DNA of 64,000 bases. Origin: Andalucia godoyi And28 (lineage: Eukaryota; Protista; Jakobida). The notes under the pieces were generated by a model that saw only the letters and a program-made list of their open reading frames with translations, searched no databases and was not told the DNA's origin. Where the stretch lies: positions 1 to 64,000 of the forward strand of contig VRVR01000062.1 of the NCBI GenBank assembly GCA_009859145.1. Reading direction: 5' to 3'. Made by a program: the position numbers and the translations under genes. Below, one piece after another: positions 1 to 9,846 of the stretch (positions within the stretch are counted from its first letter, which is position 1; each line of letters begins with the position of its first letter).

Positions 1-99
1 GCTTTCGATTTCCAGCTGCATGGGTCGGATTTTCCGTTTTCGCAGATGAGCCGATGCTAGCCGTTTCGTTCTTTCCATTTTATACCCTTGCCTCATGCC

Positions 100-620
100 T
101 TCGGATTTTCGAAGTTTGATAGGCCAGGTGTTTGGGATACTTCCGTCAGTGATAGCCAGCCCTTCTATGCTTTTGACCTGGCTGAGTGCTATGCATGACA
201 TTCCGGGTGACTTCTCGGCTGTTCCCAGATCCCATACTGCTCTATGAACGTCATACCCTGGCTTTTTTGTGGATTGTCACAACATACGAGAGGGACAACG
301 GAAATTGAATGCGATCTGCTGCATTGTTGTTGTTGCCGATGGAGACTGCTCGACTAGCAGAAAGGACGGGCACCCACGTAGCATGTTCAGGATCAGAAGA
401 GCATGGAGGGCCCCGATATTCTGGGAACTCGACTGCAACAAAGAAAGGCATAGAAAGAGTATCAGCAGCCGCTTCCCTGTTCCAATGCACTATTGCTTGA
501 ACAATTCCTTGGCTGCAGTTGATCGTAGCATCGCAGGACATCCGACAGCCAGACAGAGTACTGGAGGACATCCCATAGCGTTTGATGCGGGAACGGACTT
601 TGCTCTTGACAAAAACAGGC
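100..620 (-). pseudogene. Frameshifted relic of the C-terminal half of a PIF1-family (Helitron-type) DNA helicase
   Basis: Three successive minus-strand frames give MGCPPVLCLAVGCPAML, then QGIVQAIV...VEFPEYRGPP...RIQFPLSLSYVVTIHK, then (after a +2 shift in an A6 run) SQGMT and (after a -1 shift) HRAVWDLGTAEKSPGMSCIALSQVKSIEGLAI. These match the PIF1 C-terminal motifs RxQFPLxLAxAxTIHKSQGxTL and YVALSRVxxLEGL. Boundaries are approximate. Confidence 0.85.
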
Positions 621-764
621 TGGAGGTCCCGAATGTCTCGCTACTATTCGTACGATATGTTGTTGTGGAAAAGGATTGGGAGTTGCAAAGAAAGTAAAGT
701 ATTGTGTATTTTTATAAAATGGATTTTCAAAACATAAAATATACATGACCGCAGTATTGGATCA

Positions 765-1631
765 CGCCTACATTGTACACTGAACATGCATATCTACAAA
801 TAGACATGCGTATTCAATCTTGCATCCCGTTGCCTGGAAGGGAACAAGCCCCAACACGCCTCACGGCGTTCTTCAGATAAATGTTCCGCGCTCCGTTCCC
901 AATCTCGATCAATCTGCGAGCCACTTTCTCAGCGTGACACGTGGTTCCTGAGAAGGGTGCATTTTGATTCTGACGGCCCTAGCAGCAGGGTAGTGACACG
1001 TGGTGTCTTAGTAGGTCTGCGGGACCTAGGAGACCCTGTATCGAGCGGCGTAGGCGTAGGCGAATGCGTCATCCCAGCGCACCCACGCCCATATTTGAAT
1101 TAAAAAGTGAAACCAACGAATGATAGAATAGATGGCCACGGATGCTGCGTTAAAGAGTGTCGAAAATGCAGAGCCTGTGTCACCGGCTGAATTTTGGCCG
1201 AGCGTGCGTAAGCACGAATTCCTGTGAAACAAACGTGCTAGTGTCAGCCAGTATTGACCATGTCTGTTTATGGATACTTCCCGTATGCATGACAATGACG
1301 TGTCATTCTTCACACGGTCACGACGAGCAACGACGACGTTTTCGCCAGCATGTGATAACCAAAGCTGCTGAATACAAAGATGCTGTAGTCCACGACGAAG
1401 CAACTGAAGAGCACAAACACTGTGGAGTTCGAAATGGATCGCGCTTGGCTTTGGTCCTCGAAAAGATACGTTTGAAGCATTATTCAATCATATTGAGCGC
1501 CCTTTTGCTTTAAGCGAAGTGCGCGATGGCTGCCTCGACGCTTCTCATGTAGGGAGTTGTACGCATAAATCTCATGAAAGCGACGTGAGTGTTGCCAGCA
1601 CTGATCAACATTGATTTGCATTGGAACGAGG
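765..1631. mobile_element. Dispersed repeat family, copy A (longest copy; putative non-autonomous DNA transposon)
   Basis: 765-1312 recurs at 51785-52334 (same strand). 765-990, 1047-1117 and 1257-1421 recur inverted at 37377-38112. 1334-1631 recurs inverted at 24926-25223. Confidence 0.85.
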
Positions 1632-1804
1632 GCTAAAGTGTAACATTTCTATAATTTAGTGTTTATCCATATGAAAGGATGTTTTGGTGCTGTTTTTTTT
1701 TCTCGTGCTTCTCACGTAAAAAGAACAGTCATCCTTGTGCGTGACGGGTGTGCAGATGGTGATGGCCCTGAGAGTGCTGTGGCGGGCATTGTAGCGTGTC
1801 GAAT

Positions 1805-3178
1805 CTACAAGTGTACCATTTTCTCCATCAGAAAAGCAGGATTCCATGCGATGATGATACCGTCACTGGCTCGCTGCCAGCAATCTCGCTTGATTTCGAG
1901 CATCACATGCCACCCGTGCTCCTGCAGAAAGAGGCGTAGTGGCGTGTTTAGATCCACGTGGGTTCCAATATGAATGCTTCGAACTCGTTGATTAATGACC
2001 CGTGGGTCTCCGCTGAGCACTAGTAACTCAAAAGTTTGCAAATCGATATCAATTACGTCAACGATTTCATCGGTCTGCAACAAAGCGTCGAAAAGATCAG
2101 CCAGTGTGATGGTGCGCACAGGACTTTCCTTCATTTGCATAATACTGGGCTGCGTTTTTGCCCAGGCGTCGTTCTTGACTCCGACGAAACTTCCTAGTTG
2201 TCCTACCTCGTCGGCAAACAAGATAGTGTCTCCCGAATGATTTGTCAATGCATTATTGATCCAGAATACAGTTACTCGGTTGTCTATCTTCACACGGGAC
2301 CCTCGCAGGTTTTCGTGTGAAATGGGTGTTGCTTCGAAGGATTCGCCAGCGAATTCCTTTAAAAACTCAAATCCAAGAGCATGATTCGACGGATTGGCCT
2401 CCACTCCAATCAACACGGCGCGATGAACATGTTTGACTTGCTTCAACGCGGACGCAGCAACCAGCGTCCACAATGCGTGTCCAGCGCCGAGCTCCGCCAT
2501 GACAAATGTCGATCCAGATGCCAGGACATGATAGTGAATCATGTTTGCCTCGATGTAATCTTCCTCAAACGCTTTCGATATCCAATGATCTTCACTCATG
2601 GCGCTCCATGCGGGGTACGATGGACTGCAAAACCGACTGTTCCCGGAGTACTGATCAGGGCAACGAACAGATGGAATGGAGAGGGGTGCGAACGAGCATG
2701 AGAACGGGAGAGGCGGCAACCTCGTATCATGTTCCTGATGCAACGGATCTGACATGCACTCGTCAAACGCGTTACGATTGTCGTGAATGAAAATCTCATC
2801 CTTCCGCAACGACAAGAAGTGCAATCGAGTCAGCATCCACCAAGGCGACCGAAACATGCGGCACGCTCCTCTAGCTGTACACGGCAGACGATCCCAATTC
2901 TCGTGACACATTGGTGGAACTGACGTTGCCTTTCGGTCCACGAGATGCCCGACAAACGGATCGTGAAGATGACTCGGCGCCTCCTTCCGCGTGGATTTTG
3001 GTTTCCAACTGCTGGCTAAAGAAGATATGCTGGTTTGTGGAGGAGCAGGTGGCGGTGGTGACGGTGGCGGCACTTGTCGATAACGCAGTCCGAATGCAAG
3101 CAGCAGGACACAACCTAGGCATACTGCAAACGTCAACGCTTTGGAGTTCACTCTCCGGTGAGAAAACGGAACAATCAT
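1805..3178 (-). CDS. FkbM-like (Methyltransf_21) SAM-dependent methyltransferase with N-terminal membrane anchor and Pro-rich stem
   Basis: First ATG at 3178 (the ORF track starts at an upstream TTG). TM ALTFAVCLGCVLLLAFGL; motif I ELGAGHALW; LIGVEANP; TITLADLF...VDVIDIDLQTFE, typical of the FkbM family. Confidence 0.7.
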   Translation of the reverse strand: MIVPFSHRRVNSKALTFAVCLGCVLLLAFGLRYRQVPPPSPPPPAPPQTSISSLASSWKPKSTRKEAPSHLHDPFVGHLVDRKATSVPPMCHENWDRLPCTARGACRMFRSPWWMLTRLHFLSLRKDEIFIHDNRNAFDECMSDPLHQEHDTRLPPLPFSCSFAPLSIPSVRCPDQYSGNSRFCSPSYPAWSAMSEDHWISKAFEEDYIEANMIHYHVLASGSTFVMAELGAGHALWTLVAASALKQVKHVHRAVLIGVEANPSNHALGFEFLKEFAGESFEATPISHENLRGSRVKIDNRVTVFWINNALTNHSGDTILFADEVGQLGSFVGVKNDAWAKTQPSIMQMKESPVRTITLADLFDALLQTDEIVDVIDIDLQTFELLVLSGDPRVINQRVRSIHIGTHVDLNTPLRLFLQEHGWHVMLEIKRDCWQRASDGIIIAWNPAFLMEKMVHL

Positions 3179-3205
3179 GGGCAATGGTACGAAAAATATG
3201 ACGCA

Positions 3206-3285
3206 AAAACTGAAAACTGAAGAAAACTGAAAACTGAAGAAAACTGAAAACTGAAGAAAACTGAAAGCTGAAAACTGAGAACCGA
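3206..3285. repeat. Minisatellite of mixed AAAACTG / AAAACTGAAG units
   Basis: Directly visible tandem array just upstream of the methyltransferase start. Confidence 0.9.
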
Positions 3286-4212
3286 AGCAGCAAAACAGAA
3301 GCCGGCATCTGAGTTCCGCACATCACTTGTTGTAGCCCGCGAGGCGAGCTGACACCTTCTCAATCATCAGGTGAGCCATTCCTGAAACGTGTTGCTTTCT
3401 GCAAGGGGCACGTACCTCCCTGCTGAACTACAGTATGTCTGGGGCGCTGGGCGCATAATTAGGGCAGCATCAAGTGATGTTTGGGGCTTTTTACTGATTA
3501 AAGAATCCCCTGAAATTTTATTTTTTTTTTAAGCCTCGGGGGGGCCGGCTGTAGTCACTAATTGTTTTTTAGATGAGGTTTCGGACATGTTACAGCAGGG
3601 AGTTTTACAAACCCCGGGTCCGTTCAGTCTCTGCAAAGTGCATTTCCACTGCTCAACGCTGTCGGCTTTTACACAAAAAAAAAAGAAAAAAGAAAAAAAA
3701 AAATGTAATCGCGTATGCAGATAAACCCAGCTGATGCAGCATTCGATCTGTCAGGGACTCCTGCCAGCAATCACTGGCCGAGGTCGAGCGAAGCTGTTCA
3801 ACTGGTGTTTCCCAACCTCCGTCTTGCTGGCCTTCAAACAGTTAAAGTTTGTGGGGAGACTTGCCACAAAGAAGAGAATCCCTTTGCAATTCATGCAGCA
3901 CGTCTGAGGATATTTTCAGTTTCATGCCGTTGCGCAGGACACAGCAGTCCGTGGCGACGATATCTGCAGCAGGATACTTGGTCTACTACTCAGTGTTAAT
4001 CCAAGTTGCGCTCGCGGTGCTGCACAGCGTCTGGATCCGCGCTGTCATTCGCAATGCCACTGGGTATAACAACATCCATAGCATTCACGCTGGAATACCA
4101 AAAAAAGCGTCCGAAAAGAAATCTGTTTGTAACGTTTTTATTCCAGCTGAAACATCTTTTAAAAACGGGCAGCAAGCAAGCGAAGCGCACCATGAACGGC
4201 AGCTGTTCATCG

Positions 4213-4948
4213 TCATCGCAAAAGGACAACGCTTACCGCACCGATCAGCGGAGCCAGGACATGAGCGAGATTTGCAGGAAGAGCAAACGAGGTTGGATCC
4301 TCGCCGTCCCCCGAACCATCGTCGGAGAAAGTCTCATTGGAAAGAACCGCCTTGTAAATGTACCCAGCAGGCGTTTCTTCGGATGCCCATGCAAAATAGC
4401 AGCGGTTTTCTTTCTGCGCGCAGAGCACCAGCACCTCGTCTACCTCCGGAAGGCAGTTCCGAGGTGAAGTGGTGGATTTCGTAACGAGTGGTGTTCGACT
4501 GTCCTCCCGGTGTGTAGTCAACAAACAATCCAGACTCCCCGTTGGGAGCGCTCCATGACATGCGCGCACAGGTCGACGTTACAGGCAGGGGAGGATGGAT
4601 CCAGTTATTCGTGGAGACGGCCACGACAAATCCGCCAAAATCTGCAATTCCTTGATACGGATCCAGGAAGTTGCATCCTCGAGTTTGAATTCTTTCGTTC
4701 TGTTGGCGTTTGAAAACATAGTTGCAGCCGTTGAGTAGTCGAGTAGACTGTCGGGAAGTTACGCGACGCAGATTGACGCATCGATGAGCGAGATGCAGCG
4801 TTGTCGGTATTACGTTATGCTGTACCGCTCCATGCTCTTTTTTCAGTTGTCCTGACAACTGCTGCACAGAGAGAGGGGAGAGAGAGAAATCTTCTTTCTC
4901 TTACGGCATCATGTGATGCGAGCAAGAGGAAAAGGATTATCCACACAT
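4213..4948 (-). pseudogene. Probable frameshifted gene for a secreted, GPI-anchored surface protein (one 43-nt intron)
   Basis: ATG at 4948 with a 2-nt TG duplication would otherwise read MWIILFLLLASHDA. Phase-0 intron 4862-4904 (GTAAGA...pyrimidine tract...TGCAG) joins ORF 4334-4867. One further shift joins ORF 4213-4569, which ends DPTSFALPANLAHVLAPLIGAVSVVLLR-stop. Confidence 0.5.
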
Positions 4949-5032
4949 TCCGCGCTTTTCTTTCGCGAATTTTCTTGGTTTGGTTTCCTTTTATCCCGCC
5001 TGATTCGCGATTGTTTGGTGCATACTGAGTGA

Positions 5033-6949
5033 ATGAGGATGGATCGAGTGGTGTTTTTTACATTGCTGTTGGTATTTGCGGTGCTGCGCGGGCTGCATGT
5101 ATCGCATGGTGCACCGTCGTTGGGGATCGATTGGACTGCCCAAATATGTCTTCTTGCGCCACGTTCGCAGTGCATGTCTTTCAACTCAACACGCATTGAA
5201 CCAGACTCCACCACGAATTCTGTTTGGATCTTTGGTCCCGCAACTAACTCCAACTCCCTCATTCACACCGGCACGGATACTGATGCCGACCCTGGGACAT
5301 CCTCTGCGGTTCGAATCGATCTTTCAGGATCTGTGTACTCGGCACATGCAACTGCGGCCCCGGCCCCCATTACTCCTAGAATGTCGACAACCGTCACCGT
5401 TCCAGGTTCCGGATACATCTTCGCCTGGTCCAATGACGACAATGGTGTGTTGTATCGCATCAATACGCTTTTGCAGCGTGCGTCGGCAGCTCCATTTTCC
5501 TTGCAGTCCGTGTTTTCCTCCGATGGAAATCGCGTGACGTCGCTGTGTTGGCATCCAGCGGTCCCAGATGTAGTCTATGTTGTCGGATCATCTTCGGCAT
5601 CTGTAGTTGTGAATGTGGATTCGTTTTCGCTGAATGCAACAACGACCCGTTTGCACGGGCATGGATGCACCGTTAGCGCGGGAACTGGTGGTCAGGGAGA
5701 CCCGCTGCCTGCGTGGATCGCTACGTTCAACGGTGCGACCGTCCAGTTCTACAATCCATTCGCAGACTCCGTCGTCGGATCGTATGTGTTTCAAGGAAGC
5801 ACCAGTGTCCTTGCGCTCTCGACCTATGGTATTGCCGTCTCTACCATCAACGACAACGGTGGCAAGGTGTACTTGCGCAAAACTGAGTCGTTTGTGTTTA
5901 CCGAGGTCGATTCGTTGCTTCCAGGACCGCTGGTGCACGTGTGTGTACCTCCGGATTCATCTGCCATATGGGGTGTGTCGGGCGGCACTCTTTCTTCCTT
6001 GTCCCTCGGTACCGTTCCCCAAAAAAAGTGGGTCTCGTACGATGTGGGAGCGGTGTCGTACTTGCGGTGTGGGCCCCGGGCCGATACCGTGTATGCTCTG
6101 GATTCCAACGGGACTGCGTTTTCGTTTGGCATCTACGGACGGCCTGCCAGCTGGGATTCGCTGACGGGGTTCAAAATGACATCGTACTCGACTTCCAGCG
6201 CAGCGTTCACATGCGATTCATGCGGCACGGGACTTGGGTTGCAGCTGAGGCTCGTGAACCTGGACGATCCGTTGCAACGCATTGTCCAGTATTATGACGT
6301 GCTTACGATTCAAGGGCTGCATTCGTACGCAAGGTACTCGGCATGGGTGGCGTTCGGGTCGTCGGCAGTCAGCAGCCCTGTGGTATTCGGGACCGCAGAA
6401 CCACTTTCTGCTCCCACCGGTCTCTTCGTGGATGCCTTTCCAAGTTCTGTGGGGGAAGAGATGTGGGATTTCCTTGTTACTTGGGATGCGGTGAAACCAC
6501 AGGGAGAAGGTCAGATGATGCAGACGGCCGCTGGGTATGTGGTTACTGTGACGGATGTTGCTCCAGGGTTTTCGTGGACTGTTTCCACCGTGGGTGACGA
6601 ATCGCTGGTGTGGCTTCGAGGCTCAGACTTTAAGGGCGATATGCAGTCATATACTGTGCAAGTCGCTGCGGTTTCCCGGGAATTCATGAACACTGGCTCT
6701 GTCTCGAACGCCGTCACGTTCAGTGCATCAGATCCACAGCATCGACATTCCAAGAACGATAAGAATTTGGACGATGATGCAGACGCTGGTGCGTCGATCG
6801 CAGTCATCGTTGCAGTCTGCCTTGGTGTGGCTGTCGTCCTTGTTGCAACGGTCGCTGGCGCTGTCGCACTCCGCAAAAGACGTGTTCAGCGACAACAGAA
6901 TTTTGTTCGCTTGCAGGCCGTAGATCATCTTCCATTAGGAGGAATGTAG
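5033..6949 (+). CDS. Type I membrane surface protein: signal peptide, beta-rich ectodomain, FN3-like domain, TM, short tail
   Basis: 638-aa ORF; hydrophobic N-terminus; PLSAPTGL...FLVTWDAV...GYVVTV...SYTVQVAAVS (FN3-like); TM IAVIVAVCLGVAVVLVATVAGAVAL followed by RKRR. Confidence 0.85.
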   Translation: MRMDRVVFFTLLLVFAVLRGLHVSHGAPSLGIDWTAQICLLAPRSQCMSFNSTRIEPDSTTNSVWIFGPATNSNSLIHTGTDTDADPGTSSAVRIDLSGSVYSAHATAAPAPITPRMSTTVTVPGSGYIFAWSNDDNGVLYRINTLLQRASAAPFSLQSVFSSDGNRVTSLCWHPAVPDVVYVVGSSSASVVVNVDSFSLNATTTRLHGHGCTVSAGTGGQGDPLPAWIATFNGATVQFYNPFADSVVGSYVFQGSTSVLALSTYGIAVSTINDNGGKVYLRKTESFVFTEVDSLLPGPLVHVCVPPDSSAIWGVSGGTLSSLSLGTVPQKKWVSYDVGAVSYLRCGPRADTVYALDSNGTAFSFGIYGRPASWDSLTGFKMTSYSTSSAAFTCDSCGTGLGLQLRLVNLDDPLQRIVQYYDVLTIQGLHSYARYSAWVAFGSSAVSSPVVFGTAEPLSAPTGLFVDAFPSSVGEEMWDFLVTWDAVKPQGEGQMMQTAAGYVVTVTDVAPGFSWTVSTVGDESLVWLRGSDFKGDMQSYTVQVAAVSREFMNTGSVSNAVTFSASDPQHRHSKNDKNLDDDADAGASIAVIVAVCLGVAVVLVATVAGAVALRKRRVQRQQNFVRLQAVDHLPLGGM

Positions 6950-7404
6950 ATGAAGTGAAGTCGTTAGTGGTGTAATTGCTGTCATTCATTATTTGGATTT
7001 CACATTTTAAGTCTCATTATCCATCACTTGTCGACAACCATCTGTGTTGGTGACACTCGCGTAACCCAAGAAAGGAAAAACATGTCATTTTCCAACTTCC
7101 ACAATGGGACCCCGCATATTCGTAAACCAATCCAAAATATTCTGCAAACAACTCCTTTGCTGTACAGTAATGAGCACCGTTCGACTTGCAAGACACGGGC
7201 CGTCATCCGACTGCATGCAGAAAAAGAAGAAGAAAAGAAAAAAACGCGCGGGCTGAAAAAAACAAGAATCCCAATCGCACTGTTCAGCGCACTTCTCTGA
7301 GCAAGCGCTGCACCCTTCGACGGGCTTCAAAAACGAAAAGAAAAGAAAAAGGTGCGCTGGAATGCGTTACAGCATTAGCTTCCATTCATACATACATTGC
7401 AGGC

Positions 7405-9248
7405 CTACGATTCCGTCAATGCAGCAGAAGATGAGGAGCGAGAACGGCGCAGCTGCTGTGTTTCTTCAAGCAAGTGACGTATTTGAAAACTTTGCTGCGT
7501 GATTTCTAAATGCAGTGGGTGATAAGAGATACCGAAAGAAGAAAAAAAGAAAGAAAGAGAAAACACGTTAATCAAAAGGAGACAAAACAATACGTAAAAT
7601 AAAAAAAGAGATAGGAACGAACAGACAAGTACATACCGTCGAGTAAACTTCGAAGGCGATCCTCGCAAGGATAGTCAAAGGCATGTGGTGGGAGAAACCG
7701 AAACCGAAACGACAGATCACGAGACTGCACGCGAGCGTTTTCCGACACTGCCTTGTACAGGAAATGCAGTCCCTTCGTGCACTGCTCTGCAATCGCATGA
7801 AGTGTGCTTCCGAGTTGGGAAGCGACGTGATTCATGTCCTCCACGAGCAGCGGGTTCAGCGAAAACCTCTGTTCCTCTTCGAAAATGTGTGCGGCCTTTT
7901 CTTCAAACACGGAATGCCGAGATCGTTCGAGTCCCGTCAAATACGATTCTCGACTGTCGAGGTCCGCAATGTGGCCTTCGAGATCTGCGATTTCACGGCG
8001 CAGTACCTGCAATCTGGCGCGTGCGGCAATGCGCTCCCGCTGAATGTTCTCAATGGATTGCTCATACGCAGACTGCTCCTTTGTCCGATTCGCAGCGATG
8101 ATAAGTGCCTGAAACTTCAAGTCCTCTACTTTGGCGCACCGTGCAGAATCATCCGACATGAGCTCCAAATCATGATCCAGACGCTCAATGGAGAAAACGA
8201 GGTTCTTGTCGCGACTTAAAAGCTCCGTCATGTACGACATCAGGACCCCTAGTGATTCGTGGGAAATTCCTGGAGTGGGACATCGAGCTGCGTCTGCTGG
8301 GAGCGAGTCAATGGTGGCCGAGACCTCCTCAAATGTACGAAACGGACAGCTCCGTGGCCACCGGAACATCAGGATGCATTTCTGGACACAGTCCATCCAA
8401 GGCTTCAAATCCCGGGCATCGTCGTGGGTGAGAGAGAGCGAGAACTGCCGAAACTGCACGAGGCGTTCGCAGATACGCAGCAGGTTCGTCTCCGGCAGAC
8501 ACACCAAGTAACGCAACACTTGAGAAAAGGCTGCACACGGAAACCTCGCATCCGACAGGTCCTCCGACGTCGACTTTTGAAACACGAAATCCAGAAAGAT
8601 CTCCACGCACTGCGATCGCCGAAGCGTTTCGATGAATGTCAGCGACTCTCCAACACTCGTTTGGTACACTTCCCCAGGTATTCTCTGGGCCTCCTTCAGC
8701 ACATACCCAAGAAAAGGCTTCAGCTTCTTGTAGTCGCGCGCATTGCTCTCCAAGAAGTGGATCGTATGCTCTGCATTCTTTGCGACCACCGCTCTTCTCG
8801 ATCCCTCGTCCAACGACCCCCCTCCATTGTCATTTGCATTTGCACTCGTCGATGAAGAAGATGGTGACGGCAGTGCTGGTGGTGCTGATGGTGCTGGTGG
8901 TGGGTCTGCACGACGCTCACGCTCCGATCGGCGGCGTCGGTCTGTGCTAGCATCTGCAATAGCAAGGCACTTCACAACGACGTCTCCGTACTGCGGGTCC
9001 AAGTTCCCTTGATTCTTGCACTCCCAGATCGCGTCTTCAATGATGTGGTAATGGAATCCAAGCTGCTGCTGGATGTCCCGCACAAGCTGCTGCTCCGGCT
9101 CCGTCAGCTGCGCATCTTCCACCCGCTGTAGCTGCTGAAGCTGCTTCTTCTTCTTCTTCTTGTGCTTCTTTCCTCCGCCGCCCGAAACATCCAGAACGGA
9201 AAACGGATTGAATGATGCAAAATGGCCCTGTGTCGGATCCATCGCCAT
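7405..9248 (-). CDS. Uncharacterised coiled-coil protein, two exons (9248-7637, 7505-7405)
   Basis: Long ORF with likely start MAMDPTQ. GTATGT donor at 7636 and TTAG acceptor at 7506 join in phase (LLD-E-ITQQSF) to a terminal exon. C-terminal half is heptad-rich. Confidence 0.75.
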
Positions 9249-9846
9249 CGTCGTTCCGTCGTTTGGCAAGCCGGTCGTCCAGTAGTGGAACTTGATCCAA
9301 TGCTGGATGACATGGAAAACCCTCCCAAAAAAAGAAAAAGGGAAACTCAAGAAAAATTGAAACACGACGACTGTACACTCGGATCGGTTCGGTTTGATGC
9401 AATCATCGGGCATCAAGCCAGAAGAAGAAGAGGAGGGGGGAAAGCAGCCCGCAATCGCTACAGTCGCCTACAAGCGGGATCGTTTCAGCATGTGTTTGCA
9501 TTGTTTGGTTGGTTGGTTTATCGCTACCAATTGTTTCTCTGTTTAATTTAATTTTTTTCACCTTTTTGTTTTTTTTTTGTTGTGCGTGACAGGACACAGA
9601 GACAAAGACGCAGATACATAAAGTGATAAAGTCATACTTAAGCTTATAAACAGCAGTGCAAACCCAAATTCTTTTTTCGCTTTCCTTTTTCCTTTTTGCT
9701 TTTCCCAAAAGCGAATAGAAAAGAAGAAGAAGAAGAAGAAGAAAAGAAAAAAAGACGCAGCAGAAAGAGCACCAAGGTGTGCTGTATCCTCTGGAATTCG
9801 GATTGGTGGTTTCGTTTGCACCTACCTGTTCTTTTCTACAGCACGC

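Noticed and set aside
850-975. Possible conserved reading frame in the repeat (HAEKVAxxLIEIGNGARNIYLKNAVRRVG on the minus strand)
   Set aside because: Only four of about nine substitutions among three copies are synonymous, which is too few to show selection; no family match was recognised.
3715-4200. Plus-strand ORFs 3715-3999 and 3849-4484 with a hydrophobic stretch
   Set aside because: No motifs, no consistent start, and partial overlap with the better-supported minus-strand pseudogene.
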